DNA from: Waterburya sp.
GTDB lineage: Bacteria; Cyanobacteriota; Cyanobacteriia; Cyanobacteriales; Xenococcaceae
Direction: 5' to 3'
DNA length: 64,000 nucleotides
NCBI GenBank assembly: GCA_965217895.1
Contig: CBDCJV010000002.1
Coordinates: 2,432,001-2,496,000 of the forward strand
The translations under genes and the position numbers were made by a program. The stretch's first letter is position 1, and each line of letters opens with the position of its first letter. Below are positions 29,001 through 38,268 of this stretch, one piece after another. Below the pieces are notes generated by a model, which had not been told where the DNA came from, did no database searches, and was given only the letters and a program-made list of their open reading frames with translations.

Positions 29001-30905
29001 AAGCAATCCCTCAATTTGTAGTTGTTCTTGGGCTTGGGATTCTTTGCTACGAGAATCGGTTAATAACTTAGCTAAAGTTTGCACAGGCTGGCTACCAGGA
29101 CGAAAACAACCAAGCCACCAGCGATCGCTACCTGGAATTTGTTTACCCTGTCTCAGTTGTGCCATCAATCCCGCCTGGACGGCAGAAGATTTACCACTCC
29201 CTGAAGCACCGACCACCGCCATAGTTAGCTTATGATTAATTTGGTTAAGCATTTTCTGCACCAGTGCTTCTCGACCATGAAAGTATTCGGCACTATCTTC
29301 ACCAAAAGCTTTTAAGCCCATGTAAGGACAAATACCTAAATCTAATGGCTGTTGATGCTCATTAATTCCCTTGGAAGCTGCTAAGACATCAATTACTCCC
29401 TGAGTACCTGATAGCCACACCTGGGGAACAATTCCCGTACCTGCCAAACTTAACTGTAATTGAGCGATCAAAGCTGCAATAGTTAATTCTGAGTCAGAAT
29501 CAGCATTTTGAAGCGTTTCTAATACTGCCTCGGCAAACTGCTGAGAATTATCTAAGGGTGCATTGGCTGCAATCAAACATTGCCCTCTCGATTCTTCAAG
29601 CTGTAGATCTTCTACCCAATCAGCTAAAGAATTTTCTCCAGGACAGTCAAGAATGACTATTTGCTGGTTAACACGAGAATCTTTGAGAACCTTTCTTAAC
29701 CAAGAACGAGATAAGCGAATATTGTTCTGCAATACTAACCATGACTCCCCTGTGGCGGTGGTTGATATTTCTGCCCGTAAGTAGAGTAAAGCAGTATTAA
29801 TTTTTTCCTTCCCTTGAGTTTTTACTCTAGCATCCAAACAAGTTGCGATCGCATTTTTTACCCATGACCAAGATTCATTAGTTTGAGGAAAGTATCTCAG
29901 CTTAAAATCCCCTGCACTTTGTAAAATTTGACTCAAAGCCAAAGTCGTCGAGTTTGCCTTAAATCCACCATCAACTACTAATGCTTGGCGAGGATTAATC
30001 TTTAAGTTGCCTGGCGATCGCTTTCCTAGTACAACTTTACCAAAACCCTCGACAATACGCTTAGGAGTCTGGAAAGGAAACTCTGATTGCAGTCTACTTT
30101 CGCCTCGACTGCTTTTTTGCTGGTTAATTAGGCGTATCTGCTGATTAGTCTTATCGATGTAGCGCAGAGTTTGATGATAAACATATTGATATAAAGCATC
30201 AGCTTCAATGATTCCTTGGGAGTCGGCTGCTTCTCCTTGTAAACCACGCATTAGATAGTAGGTAAACACCCCATGCCCTAATTCAGGAAACTCCCAAGAC
30301 TGTTGCGAGCGATCGCAGGATAATAAAGCATAAAAGCCTTTACTTTCGGCGGCTTTATGACGTAGAACTTCAACTAATCGAGTACTTGGATTAGGCAAAG
30401 ATATCTTTGATGTGCCTCTTAGAGTCATCCCGCCACTATGACAAGCATCTAACCAAACCAATTGCTGACTGGCTGCACAATTGCTTAATTGTTTTAATAA
30501 AGTATTTAACGGTAAACCTGTTGTTAATAGTTTCTCTGTATTAGTATCGGCTAAACAAAGAACTACCTGCTGGCTACTCGCTTCTAAAATACCGTGTCCT
30601 GAAAAATAGAACAAAATCGTATCTTCAGCTTGTGCAGCATTAATAATTTGGGAGATACTTTGCTGAACGTTTGCTATGTAAGGACGCTGATTGATAAAAT
30701 CATGGTGAATAATAACTTCTTTGGCATTAAAGCTAGCGGTTGCCTCGGTTAGTGCCTCTCCTAATCCCTGACAGTCTAGTGCTGAATATTGTAGTGAAGG
30801 TAAGTTTTTTCGATCTTGGTATTGGTTAACGCCAATCAAAAGAATCCACAGTTTAGCGGTTTTTGTAGGAGTTGAGCTAGGGCGGGATTTGACGCGAGGA
30901 CACAT
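26085..30905 (-). CDS. Caspase-like (peptidase C14) / nSTAND1 NTPase / TM / WD40 protein
   Basis: LLIGVNQY, FYFSGHG, LDACHSG, HGVFTYYL. CPYMGLKAF..FHGRE, Walker A GASGSGKSS, Walker B LVIDQFEELF, LPLLQFAL, EVVHEILIRHW. One hydrophobic helix, then many GH..V..FSPD..SGS.D.T.K.W repeats. Confidence 0.93.
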   Translation of the reverse strand: MCPRVKSRPSSTPTKTAKLWILLIGVNQYQDRKNLPSLQYSALDCQGLGEALTEATASFNAKEVIIHHDFINQRPYIANVQQSISQIINAAQAEDTILFYFSGHGILEASSQQVVLCLADTNTEKLLTTGLPLNTLLKQLSNCAASQQLVWLDACHSGGMTLRGTSKISLPNPSTRLVEVLRHKAAESKGFYALLSCDRSQQSWEFPELGHGVFTYYLMRGLQGEAADSQGIIEADALYQYVYHQTLRYIDKTNQQIRLINQQKSSRGESRLQSEFPFQTPKRIVEGFGKVVLGKRSPGNLKINPRQALVVDGGFKANSTTLALSQILQSAGDFKLRYFPQTNESWSWVKNAIATCLDARVKTQGKEKINTALLYLRAEISTTATGESWLVLQNNIRLSRSWLRKVLKDSRVNQQIVILDCPGENSLADWVEDLQLEESRGQCLIAANAPLDNSQQFAEAVLETLQNADSDSELTIAALIAQLQLSLAGTGIVPQVWLSGTQGVIDVLAASKGINEHQQPLDLGICPYMGLKAFGEDSAEYFHGREALVQKMLNQINHKLTMAVVGASGSGKSSAVQAGLMAQLRQGKQIPGSDRWWLGCFRPGSQPVQTLAKLLTDSRSKESQAQEQLQIEGLLYQGVEGFVCWLRTRTEPMVLLVIDQFEELFTLAGERERQEFIKLILGAIKYAGDRFKLVLTIRADFVASCLEISELTQILQNNSILVPPYLTEADYRSAIIKPAQQVGLQVESGLVEVLLKDLDRSAGDLPLLQFALQQLWSRRHNGKLTLQAYQELGGIKGALERQAQAVYDNLDPPSQDCARWIFLNLTQLGEGTEDTRRRVAKSDLIVAKYPEALVNRTLRLLTDAKLLVVNLDDGSNLGQSRSLANSPEDDKLFLEAMRQEATVEVVHEILIRHWSSLRWWLEENRSRLRSQRQIEQAAILWQQKDCQDDFLLRGIRLAEAEEIFIQYTDELSDTAKEYVATCIDARLAEQKETKKRLRKTQLTATALGILGIAATAFGVSAYRQKLITQIENIDSLNSVAEAQLLSNQQLESLTTSVKAGKQFKQINNLGKALVGEDNWQETKTKTTATLQQSIYGTQELNRLEGYSQAVNAVTVNDNAELIATASDDQSVEIWNKKGKLLKTFTKKEARENPAFWGRNKIYNPSLEPNNISTKKSDYLVSIKDETIVELRSKSDNQLINSYSHQAPVDSVSISQDSKLIATSTTDGKVNIWSKEGILQQTLNGHTGEVLDVKFIPSKEKNKYELISTGVDKTVRIWQVFNRYSNQAEAISSVAVSPTASNIYAASEDGKINIWRNNADGRQELIRTFKASKNTISQIKYSPNGKLIASSGWDKTIKLWNAESGKLINTLKGHKDGVNSIAFSPDNQTLISGSEDKTIKIWNIINKPKLIKTLTGHTDSIKAVSISPDGKIIASGGYDNTIKLWSIAGELLQTIDAHKLAITSLAFTPDGKTLASGSWDNTVKLWSIDDVGKSSKLLHTLRHQDGVITISFNTDGTVLASGSGDRNIKLWNTATGELIKILRGHTSQINSLAFSSDDRSIISGEEQQGLFWWNLDLDNLLTQGCDRLSDYLSTNPNVKPTEQKLCQ

Positions 30906-31087
30906 CGCTATTTATAAATCTATTATAAAAGTCAGTATATATCTATAGATTAAATGTTCTATATTTATGCGGTTTGGTTTTTAATGTTGTGACTAAAATC
31001 GCCTTAATATACTTAGGACACTCAGAATAGTAAAATTAGCTTTTAGCAGATTTCAGATTGTAAATTTTAACCAATTTTAATTTGCCA

Positions 31088-31711
31088 ATGTCCGATGTTC
31101 AACAATTAATCAATGCGGTAAACAAAGCCGACTCAGCCGATTTACTCTTAGAAACTGTCGAAAACTTAGCCGAAGTTGGCGATCAAGCTGCTATACCCAC
31201 TTTAGTAGAAGTTTTAGGGTTCAATAACCCTGGTGCAGCAGTGGCTGCGGTAGATGGTTTAATTCAAATTGGCGAACCTGTTGTTCCTTATTTACTTCAA
31301 AACCTGGATGGATATAACTATGGTGCAAGGGCTTGGGCAACTAGAGTCTTTGCAGGTATTGGCGATCCTGCTGCTTTAGATTTATTACTTGAGGCTGCGG
31401 TTTCTGATTTTTCTCAAAGTGTACGTCGTGCAGCAGCAAAAGGCTTAGGCAGTATTCTCTGGTCAAAGCTGCCTGAGAGTGAGGTTATTCCTGCTCAAAA
31501 AAAGGTGCTAAAAACCTTGCTTCTTGCCACAAAAGACGGCGAGTGGGTAGTGCGCTACGCTGCGGTAGTTGGTTTAGAGGCTTTAAGCAATACCTTTTCC
31601 CAAACTCAACCAGAATTTATTTCAAAAATTGCGATCGCTTTTCAGAAATTGATTGATAGTGAACCAGAAGCAGCTATTCGCGCTCGTATTAAGTATGCAA
31701 TGCACAAATAA
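31088..31711 (+). CDS. cpcF: Phycocyanin alpha phycocyanobilin lyase, CpcF subunit (HEAT repeats)
   Basis: [60 protein letters not shown]. Confidence 0.9.
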   Translation: MSDVQQLINAVNKADSADLLLETVENLAEVGDQAAIPTLVEVLGFNNPGAAVAAVDGLIQIGEPVVPYLLQNLDGYNYGARAWATRVFAGIGDPAALDLLLEAAVSDFSQSVRRAAAKGLGSILWSKLPESEVIPAQKKVLKTLLLATKDGEWVVRYAAVVGLEALSNTFSQTQPEFISKIAIAFQKLIDSEPEAAIRARIKYAMHK

Positions 31712-32585
31712 CATTTCTGTATGTACTATTTACGCTAACAGAAAATTACACTTAAAAAATTTAATCAAAGGATTAACTAATTCTACAATCTTGTTCAATG
31801 AACTAGTAATAGTTACCATGAACGATAAGCTTCCCAAATTACCAGTAGTACATTTTCCTATTAAAACAGCAGCTATTAAGACAAATGATAATTTTCTGCC
31901 TTTAGCAGCAGCCAGAAATAAATGCGCAGAAATTGCTACAGGAAATAAGTTAGTTTTTCTCGATATAGATTGTATTAGCAATCCTAATTTAATTGAAGTT
32001 TTTAATCATCATTTAAAAAAAGAAGATGCGCTGTATCAAGGTTCTATTCGCTATTTGGCTTCAGGTTGGCAACAAGAACAATGGACATATAATGCTTTAG
32101 AAAAACAGTCTTTACCCCACAAGCTACAGGGAAAAGAAGTTACTAATTACAATAAAGCATTGCATCCTTATGAATTGTTTTGGTCTTTGTGTTTTGGCAT
32201 CAAAAAGAAAACCTTTCTCGATCTTGGTGGTTTTGATACAGGATATCGTGGCTATGGAGGCGAAGATACTGACTTTGCTTTCATAATGCGATCGCAACAT
32301 ATACCTTTATATAAAATAGGTGCTTTAGCCTATCATCAGTTTCATCCATCCTATACTCCTCCATTAAATTATCTAGAGGAAATAGTCAGTAATGCTCAGT
32401 TTTTTTATCAGAAGTGGCAAATATTACCAATGAAAAAATGGCTTGATCAGTTTGCTGAGATGGGATATATTAGCCTACAAGATAATCAAATAGAAATTAT
32501 TAAATATCCTACAGAAACAGAGATACAGACTTGTTTAAAAAATAGTAGGGGCGATTCGCGAATCGCCCCTACTAGATACGAATAA
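31695..32585 (+). CDS. GT2-like (galactosyltransferase-related) glycosyltransferase
   Basis: [46 protein letters not shown]. Start set at the ATG overlapping the cpcF end. Confidence 0.85.
   Translation: MQCTNNISVCTIYANRKLHLKNLIKGLTNSTILFNELVIVTMNDKLPKLPVVHFPIKTAAIKTNDNFLPLAAARNKCAEIATGNKLVFLDIDCISNPNLIEVFNHHLKKEDALYQGSIRYLASGWQQEQWTYNALEKQSLPHKLQGKEVTNYNKALHPYELFWSLCFGIKKKTFLDLGGFDTGYRGYGGEDTDFAFIMRSQHIPLYKIGALAYHQFHPSYTPPLNYLEEIVSNAQFFYQKWQILPMKKWLDQFAEMGYISLQDNQIEIIKYPTETEIQTCLKNSRGDSRIAPTRYE
32543..32574. repeat. Perfect 32-bp REP-like palindrome at convergent gene ends
   Basis: TAGTAGGGGCGATTCG|CGAATCGCCCCTACTA. Confidence 0.85.
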
Positions 32586-33705
32586 CATCATTTTGGATAT
32601 CATGCTCAAAATTACAAACGGTTAAATAATTAGCTAACAATTTCACTTCAGATTCAATTGCTTTGGCTGCTTGTGCTGCACCGTCAACAGCCATAATCCG
32701 ATCCCATTGATCGACATTGATTGTTTTTAAATTCTCTAGAGTAAAGGCTATCGAATCACTACAGGGAAAAGCTTCTCTTATCAAACACAAACCCAGCTTT
32801 TCTAATAGTTGAGCTTTAATTACTTGTTCGTCAAAAGGTCTAGCTTCAGGAATACAGAGATAAGGTATTTTCGCTGTGCCAATTTCCATGACGGTATTAT
32901 GTCCCCCAGAAGCGATCGCCATATCCGCAGCTTTAAGATAAATATAGGTATCCTCGCACCACCCCACAACAGAAACGTTGTCAGGTAAAACGTTATCTTC
33001 TCGATCAACTTTGCCCACTATTAACCATAGCCATGCTGGCGTAGCTAGTGCAGCAGCAGTAATATCAGCTAGAGAATGTTTGCTACCTCCTTTGCCGTTT
33101 AGCACCAAAGCCACCTGTTGCTGGGGAGATATATTTAGTGATTTTCTAGCAGCAGATTTGGTAGTTGTTCGCTGTGAATATCGAGAAAAACCAGGTGAAT
33201 ATATAGTTTTGGCTCGAATCCAGCTAGGTATACCCTCAAATTCTAAAATTTCAGGATAAGGAGCAAACAATTTATAGGCTGCATCATAACCTGCAAGATG
33301 AGGGTAGTCAGTGCGATCGCCATGTTGACGCACGGCAATTACGGGTACACCTAAAAACCGCAAATACTGGCTTATTTCGGCAGATACATCGACAATTACC
33401 GCCGTGGGGTTAGTTTTGCCTACCCATTCACTTAGCATGACTGCTCTTTGCCGATAGGCATCACTATAGTAGGGAGCATAATGAAAAGAATAAGTTTGAC
33501 AGTTTTGATTAATTGGCAAGTCAGGAACATACTCTACCTTATCTGGAGGCAAATCTAGTAGCTGGTAATTGCTCACTCCCTGCCAGTTTTGTTGACTAAC
33601 CCCCGTGCCGATGAAGGTAAGGGGGAAATTGAAGTTTTGGGCGATCGCATTAGCTCTTTGGGCGTGTCCCTTGCCGTGGAGGTGTATGTAGTAGCCAAGG
33701 TGCAT
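32572..33705 (-). CDS. GT-B glycosyltransferase, GT28 C-terminal-like
   Basis: GYYIHLHGKGHAQRA, IVDVSAE, VRQHGDRTDYPH, ASGGHNTVMEI, IPEARPFDEQ. Confidence 0.85.
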   Translation of the reverse strand: MHLGYYIHLHGKGHAQRANAIAQNFNFPLTFIGTGVSQQNWQGVSNYQLLDLPPDKVEYVPDLPINQNCQTYSFHYAPYYSDAYRQRAVMLSEWVGKTNPTAVIVDVSAEISQYLRFLGVPVIAVRQHGDRTDYPHLAGYDAAYKLFAPYPEILEFEGIPSWIRAKTIYSPGFSRYSQRTTTKSAARKSLNISPQQQVALVLNGKGGSKHSLADITAAALATPAWLWLIVGKVDREDNVLPDNVSVVGWCEDTYIYLKAADMAIASGGHNTVMEIGTAKIPYLCIPEARPFDEQVIKAQLLEKLGLCLIREAFPCSDSIAFTLENLKTINVDQWDRIMAVDGAAQAAKAIESEVKLLANYLTVCNFEHDIQNDVIRI

Positions 33706-34748
33706 AGTTTTTCTTTATGTCGGTTAATAATTCGTTCAAAAGCCTGAATATATTTATCAATCATGGTTTCTAGGCTAAAACGTTCTAAAGCTAGCTTTCT
33801 GCATGAGTAGCGAGACAAACGTTTTACCTGCTTCATCGCCTTTGCCATGGCATCGGTATCGTTAGGAGGAACTAAAATACCTGTTTGACAATCTAAAATT
33901 TCAGACATGGCACCACGATCAAATGCCACCACAGGAGTACCACAGGCAAGACTTTCTATAACCACTAAGCCAAAAGGTTCAGACCACACAGGAGTAGAGA
34001 GAGTCATTGCCGCTGACTGCAATAAAGGCACTAACTCTTCTTGTCCTAAATGTCCTAAATATTCAACTCCTTTATTCAGGTGAGGTTCAATTTTGGTAGC
34101 AAAATATTCTCGATCGCCAATTTTCCCAGCGATAACTAACTGAATTTTTGCTTTTTGAGCAGCTTCAATAGCCAGATGAGTACCTTTATCAGGAATAATT
34201 CTTCCTATCCAAACAGCGCAGTTTCGATGATAAAAAGGTAAATAACTAAATGTTTTTGTGTCCACGCCATTATGAATTATTTCCAGGCGATCGCTATCTA
34301 AACCCCATAGTTTGGTGTTAAACTTAGAAATAGAAATATAGTAACCCCGCTTTTTCCTTTCACGATAGCGAATGGCACTCAATAGACGGGAAAAAGGAGG
34401 AGTATGTAAGGTTGTGACCAAAGGCGCAGATAAACGATCTTCTAGAATTATCGGAAAGTAGTTTAGAGAATTATCGTGTACTAAATCAAAGTCTTCAGTG
34501 CTGAGATAGTCCATAATGTTCAGATAAGCCTCATGAGATTCCTCTTCATGATTTAAACAAAAAGAAGTGTCTAAAATTGGCTCTAAAGATAGGTTAAGAC
34601 TGCGATCGCTTTCTGGATGAGCAAATAAAGTGACTTGACAACCTTTTTTTTCTAATTCTGTGACGATGCTATGGGTGAAGCGTTCAATACCTCCAGCAAA
34701 TGGCTCTTTAATTGGAAATCGACGATGCCCTAGAACTGCTATTTTCAT
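33573..34748 (-). CDS. GT4 family glycosyltransferase
   Basis: FPIKEPFAGGIE, LVHDNSL, TTLHTPP, GRIIPDKG, WSEPFGLVVIESLACGTPV. Confidence 0.92.
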   Translation of the reverse strand: MKIAVLGHRRFPIKEPFAGGIERFTHSIVTELEKKGCQVTLFAHPESDRSLNLSLEPILDTSFCLNHEEESHEAYLNIMDYLSTEDFDLVHDNSLNYFPIILEDRLSAPLVTTLHTPPFSRLLSAIRYRERKKRGYYISISKFNTKLWGLDSDRLEIIHNGVDTKTFSYLPFYHRNCAVWIGRIIPDKGTHLAIEAAQKAKIQLVIAGKIGDREYFATKIEPHLNKGVEYLGHLGQEELVPLLQSAAMTLSTPVWSEPFGLVVIESLACGTPVVAFDRGAMSEILDCQTGILVPPNDTDAMAKAMKQVKRLSRYSCRKLALERFSLETMIDKYIQAFERIINRHKEKLCTLATTYTSTARDTPKELMRSPKTSISPLPSSARGLVNKTGRE

Positions 34749-34887
34749 TTTGATTTAGATTACTAAAAACTAATTAACAATGGCAGAGCAATTAACAAGT
34801 TCAAGCAGCTATATTTTTGTCATTTTATTTATTGAAGTTAGTCGTTAGTCGTTTGTAGTCAAAGAAACTAGTCGCCAGCCACTACTT

Positions 34888-35052
34888 ATACCATTTCTCC
34901 TTGAAGTTGCACTTAAGTATTTGAGCTTAAAACTCTCGCAAAGACGCAAAGCGGTGCGACCCCGCGTCGACGTAAGGCGCAAGGGAACGCGCACCAAGAC
35001 AGACGCTAAGGGGGTAGATTTTATTTAGTGCATTGTCATAGAGAGTTGGTAT
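34888..35052. mobile_element. MITE with TIRs and 5-bp target-site duplication
   Basis: TIRs ATACCATTTCTCCTTGAAGTTGCACT / AGTGCATTGTCATAGAGAGTTGGTAT. TACTT directly repeated at 34883-34887 and 35053-35057. Confidence 0.8.
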
Positions 35053-35367
35053 TACTTCCAATGAGAAGTCAACAAAGCATAGACAAAAAATAGGTGCTTT
35101 AATATACAAATGAAATTCTTAAAACTATCTTAATAGCCTGTTAATGTGCTGATTTTATTTAATCAAGACATTGAATTTGTAAATATTCTCTGTTACAAAA
35201 ATAACATTCTCAGCTGATTACCTATATCTGTCTAGATAAATATTTTTATTATTTTTGTGGTTTGTTTTTGTATCTTTTCTATAACTATTGAATGATGCAA
35301 ATTTTATGAATAAATTAAAGTTTAACTGAAGTCTTGTCATAGTTTTAGACTAACTATCTATTAGATG

Positions 35368-36570
35368 TTAGATGTCTAAAAAAACTTTAGTTACACCCTG
35401 ACGTAGTTGCTTTTGTCTTCTTAGCCATGATGCGCGGATGCCTGGACGAATTATGGTTGCAAAGGTTTTCGCACCCCAACGCAAAAAAGCATAATTATGC
35501 AATAATTCGGCTTGTCCCACTTCTTGTGCCTGTAGCTGTTGAATACGTATAATTTCGGGTTCTCTTTCTAACTGAATTTGAGGTAGTGCTGCATCAATTT
35601 TGCTTAAATTGGCTGATGATTGAGTTAATAGAGGGACTAGATGGTTGATAGCGACAATTACGTCTCGAAACGCCATATTAATACCCTGAGCGCGGATGGG
35701 GGACATGGGATGAACCGCATCTCCTAATAAAAGTAAGCCAGGCACTGACCAGCGATCGCAGCGTCCAACAACAACGGACAATAACATAGGCTTGGTCAAA
35801 CTTTGTCTGTGTTCTAAAATATGTTCTGCTAACCAAGGAGGTGAAGTGGCTGCTAATTTTTCAACCCAGTCTACCTGTTGCCAATCATAATTATCATCGG
35901 CGTGCAATCCCCAACCTATATGAAATTGACCTGATGAAGCTCGAAACAAACCAAACCTCTCACGCCCTTGCAAGATTGAATAAAAGATATTTTTTGATTT
36001 TGCGAAAACACCAGAATCCAACTTAAACCAAAGAATATCTAGATTATTTTGTAGCTTAGTTAAATTTAAGCCCGCTTTTTTTCTAATTACAGAATTCCGC
36101 CCATCTCCTGCAATAACTAAATCGGCAGTTATTTCTTGACCTGAAGCCAGTTTAACTCCAGAAACTCTCTCTGAAGAATATAAAAGATCTTGGATAGCTT
36201 CACCCTGAATAAATTCAAACGAGGGATATGTTTCGGCCTGCTCAATAATTGCTGCCAGCAAATGAGGCTGAGAAACTACTGTAGTGTGGTGTTTTCCTCT
36301 TCCTATTGGTTCATCAACTCGAAATAAAGTTCGACCAGACAATAAAAATTCCCAGGCATCTATGGCTCGATGGGGAACTTCTGCTAAAAGCTCTAATAAA
36401 TCCATTTGTTTTAGAGCATCTAAGCCACTAGGCATTAAGCCTTCTCCCCGAAACAACCGCTTAAAATCACGAGATGCCTCTACTAATTTGACTGCAATTC
36501 CCTTTTTGCTCAACAGCAGTGCCATTGTCGCTCCAGTAGGCCCTGCCCCAACAATTACAACCTGCGTCAT
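35368..36570 (-). CDS. FAD-dependent monooxygenase/oxidoreductase (UbiH-like)
   Basis: VGAGPTG, AGDGRNS, LLGDAVHPMSPIRAQGINMA. Confidence 0.9.
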   Translation of the reverse strand: MTQVVIVGAGPTGATMALLLSKKGIAVKLVEASRDFKRLFRGEGLMPSGLDALKQMDLLELLAEVPHRAIDAWEFLLSGRTLFRVDEPIGRGKHHTTVVSQPHLLAAIIEQAETYPSFEFIQGEAIQDLLYSSERVSGVKLASGQEITADLVIAGDGRNSVIRKKAGLNLTKLQNNLDILWFKLDSGVFAKSKNIFYSILQGRERFGLFRASSGQFHIGWGLHADDNYDWQQVDWVEKLAATSPPWLAEHILEHRQSLTKPMLLSVVVGRCDRWSVPGLLLLGDAVHPMSPIRAQGINMAFRDVIVAINHLVPLLTQSSANLSKIDAALPQIQLEREPEIIRIQQLQAQEVGQAELLHNYAFLRWGAKTFATIIRPGIRASWLRRQKQLRQGVTKVFLDI

Positions 36571-36662
36571 GAAATAATTTTACTAATTAGGCGTAGTAAA
36601 TAAAATTGTATTTCATGTTCACCCTAAAACTGACTTAAATGCTTAATGTTTAATGCTCAATG

Positions 36663-37886
36663 TCAAATATTACTGGCTTTAATTAAAACCTGTTCGTATT
36701 TTTGCCCTACCTTATCCCAAGTGTATTCCTGCTTGACGAGCGATCGCGCATTTGCCGATAGCTTTTCTCGTAGCTTGGGTTCAGAAAACAAACGACCAAT
36801 AGCATAAATATATTCTTCTAAAGTATTAGCCCGCATAGCTCTTAGGGGAACAGTTGCCCCGTCAACCTTAAACTCTGCCAAAGCGCGATCGCTCCCCACC
36901 ACGGGAACTCCTGCTGCCATTGCTTCTAAAGTGCGGTTTCGTAAGCCATATCCTTGGCGAATGGGAATTACGCAGACAGTTGCCCAATGCAGATATTCTA
37001 CAACAGAGCTAACTTCACCCGTTACAAGTATTCCTGGTAAGTTTTTTAATTCTAAAATCTCTGCTACGGGGTTTGCGCCTACTAGCTCTAAGACAGCTTC
37101 AGGATAGCGTTGGCGAATGGCGGGAAATACCTCTAGTGCCAAAAAAAGGGCTGCATCGATATTTACAGGGCTATCCATCTTACCCACAAAGACAATTTTT
37201 TGTCCTCCCTGGTTGGTAATTCGATAGGGAAACTTGTCCAAATCAACGCCGTTAGGAATCATGGTTACTGAACATTCTGACTCTAATTCACGGACAATAC
37301 GTCTATCTTTGCTTGTTACCGTCACAATCTGGCTAAATTTTTCTAGATAGCTTTGTTCGTAGCGTTTTTGCAATCCTAAATTAATTTGATCTTTAATTTC
37401 GTTATTGGAGTCTCCTGTTGCCAGTTGCTGTTTGTATTTACCGTATTCTGAAAAGTGCAGATTTAAGACCACTCCTAGCTGTTTGTGCCATTTTGGATCA
37501 ACATAAATCTCATCGCTACTATCTTCGCAGGCGATCGCTTCAAACTTATTTTGACCAACAGCTTGATTGATCCACTCTGCCATTTCAGGAGAATAATTGT
37601 CTAAGACATCAGGTGGTGTTCGCTGCTGAATAAATACTCCTAGACGTTTGGCTTTATCGAGCAATTTTAAAGGTTCAACCTTTTTGGCTACAGGAAAAGT
37701 AACTAGCTTATGTGTCTGCTTTTGTATATTTTCTACCTCCCGATCGCTAACTTCTGCACTGCGACGAGTCACTAAGGTAACTTGATGGCGACTATAAAGA
37801 TATTGCAGTAAATGAAATGTTCTTAGCTGTTTTCTGCCTTTAGTTGGTGGATAAGGAAAAGTAGAGCAGAGAATAAGGATGTTCAT
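36663..37886 (-). CDS. GT4 family glycosyltransferase
   Basis: FPYPPTKG, IPNGVD, FVGKMDSPVNID, RTLEAMAAGVPVV. Confidence 0.9.
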   Translation of the reverse strand: MNILILCSTFPYPPTKGRKQLRTFHLLQYLYSRHQVTLVTRRSAEVSDREVENIQKQTHKLVTFPVAKKVEPLKLLDKAKRLGVFIQQRTPPDVLDNYSPEMAEWINQAVGQNKFEAIACEDSSDEIYVDPKWHKQLGVVLNLHFSEYGKYKQQLATGDSNNEIKDQINLGLQKRYEQSYLEKFSQIVTVTSKDRRIVRELESECSVTMIPNGVDLDKFPYRITNQGGQKIVFVGKMDSPVNIDAALFLALEVFPAIRQRYPEAVLELVGANPVAEILELKNLPGILVTGEVSSVVEYLHWATVCVIPIRQGYGLRNRTLEAMAAGVPVVGSDRALAEFKVDGATVPLRAMRANTLEEYIYAIGRLFSEPKLREKLSANARSLVKQEYTWDKVGQKYEQVLIKASNI

Positions 37887-38072
37887 ATACAGTTACTCAT
37901 AAAAAGATGGCGTTAAGAGATACTGATTGACCAAGAATTACACTAACGATTTCTATTCTTAGGTTTTTTATTAATCGACTATGGGCAAGATCACTTACCA
38001 ACCAACATAATTAAAGCTTTAAATCATACTTTATTAAAATGAGAACTACTATATTATTCGATCTTAATTTAA

Positions 38073-38219
38073 ATGTTAAAGACTCTCAGCAGAATATTAG
38101 GTGGATTTGGAACTGTTAGAGGTGCTACTTATCCTTTTAAAGCCTTGATAACTTTTATTAAAAATCCCTGCCTGATTAAATATATTGCAGTTGCGATCGC
38201 CCTATACGGTCGTATTTAG
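38073..38219 (+). pseudogene. Probable N-terminal remnant of an EI24/CysZ-like membrane protein
   Basis: MLKTLSRILGGFGTVRGATYPFKALITFIKNPCLIKYIAVAIALYGRI*. GGFG..GATYPF.AL resembles cyanobacterial EI24-domain N-termini (recalled, not searched). Confidence 0.5.
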
Positions 38220-38268
38220 GAAATTATTTCCAAAATCATAGTCACGTCTGGCGACTAAGCTGTTACCT

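Noticed and set aside
21277..34748. A single defence or genomic island spanning the TA pair, NLR-like gene and GT cassette
   Set aside because: Core genes (ABC exporter, ocp-frp, cpcF) are interleaved, and there is no integrase, tRNA or bounding att repeat.
34927..35109. 60-aa ORF from the track
   Set aside because: Overlaps the MITE, so it is likely spurious.
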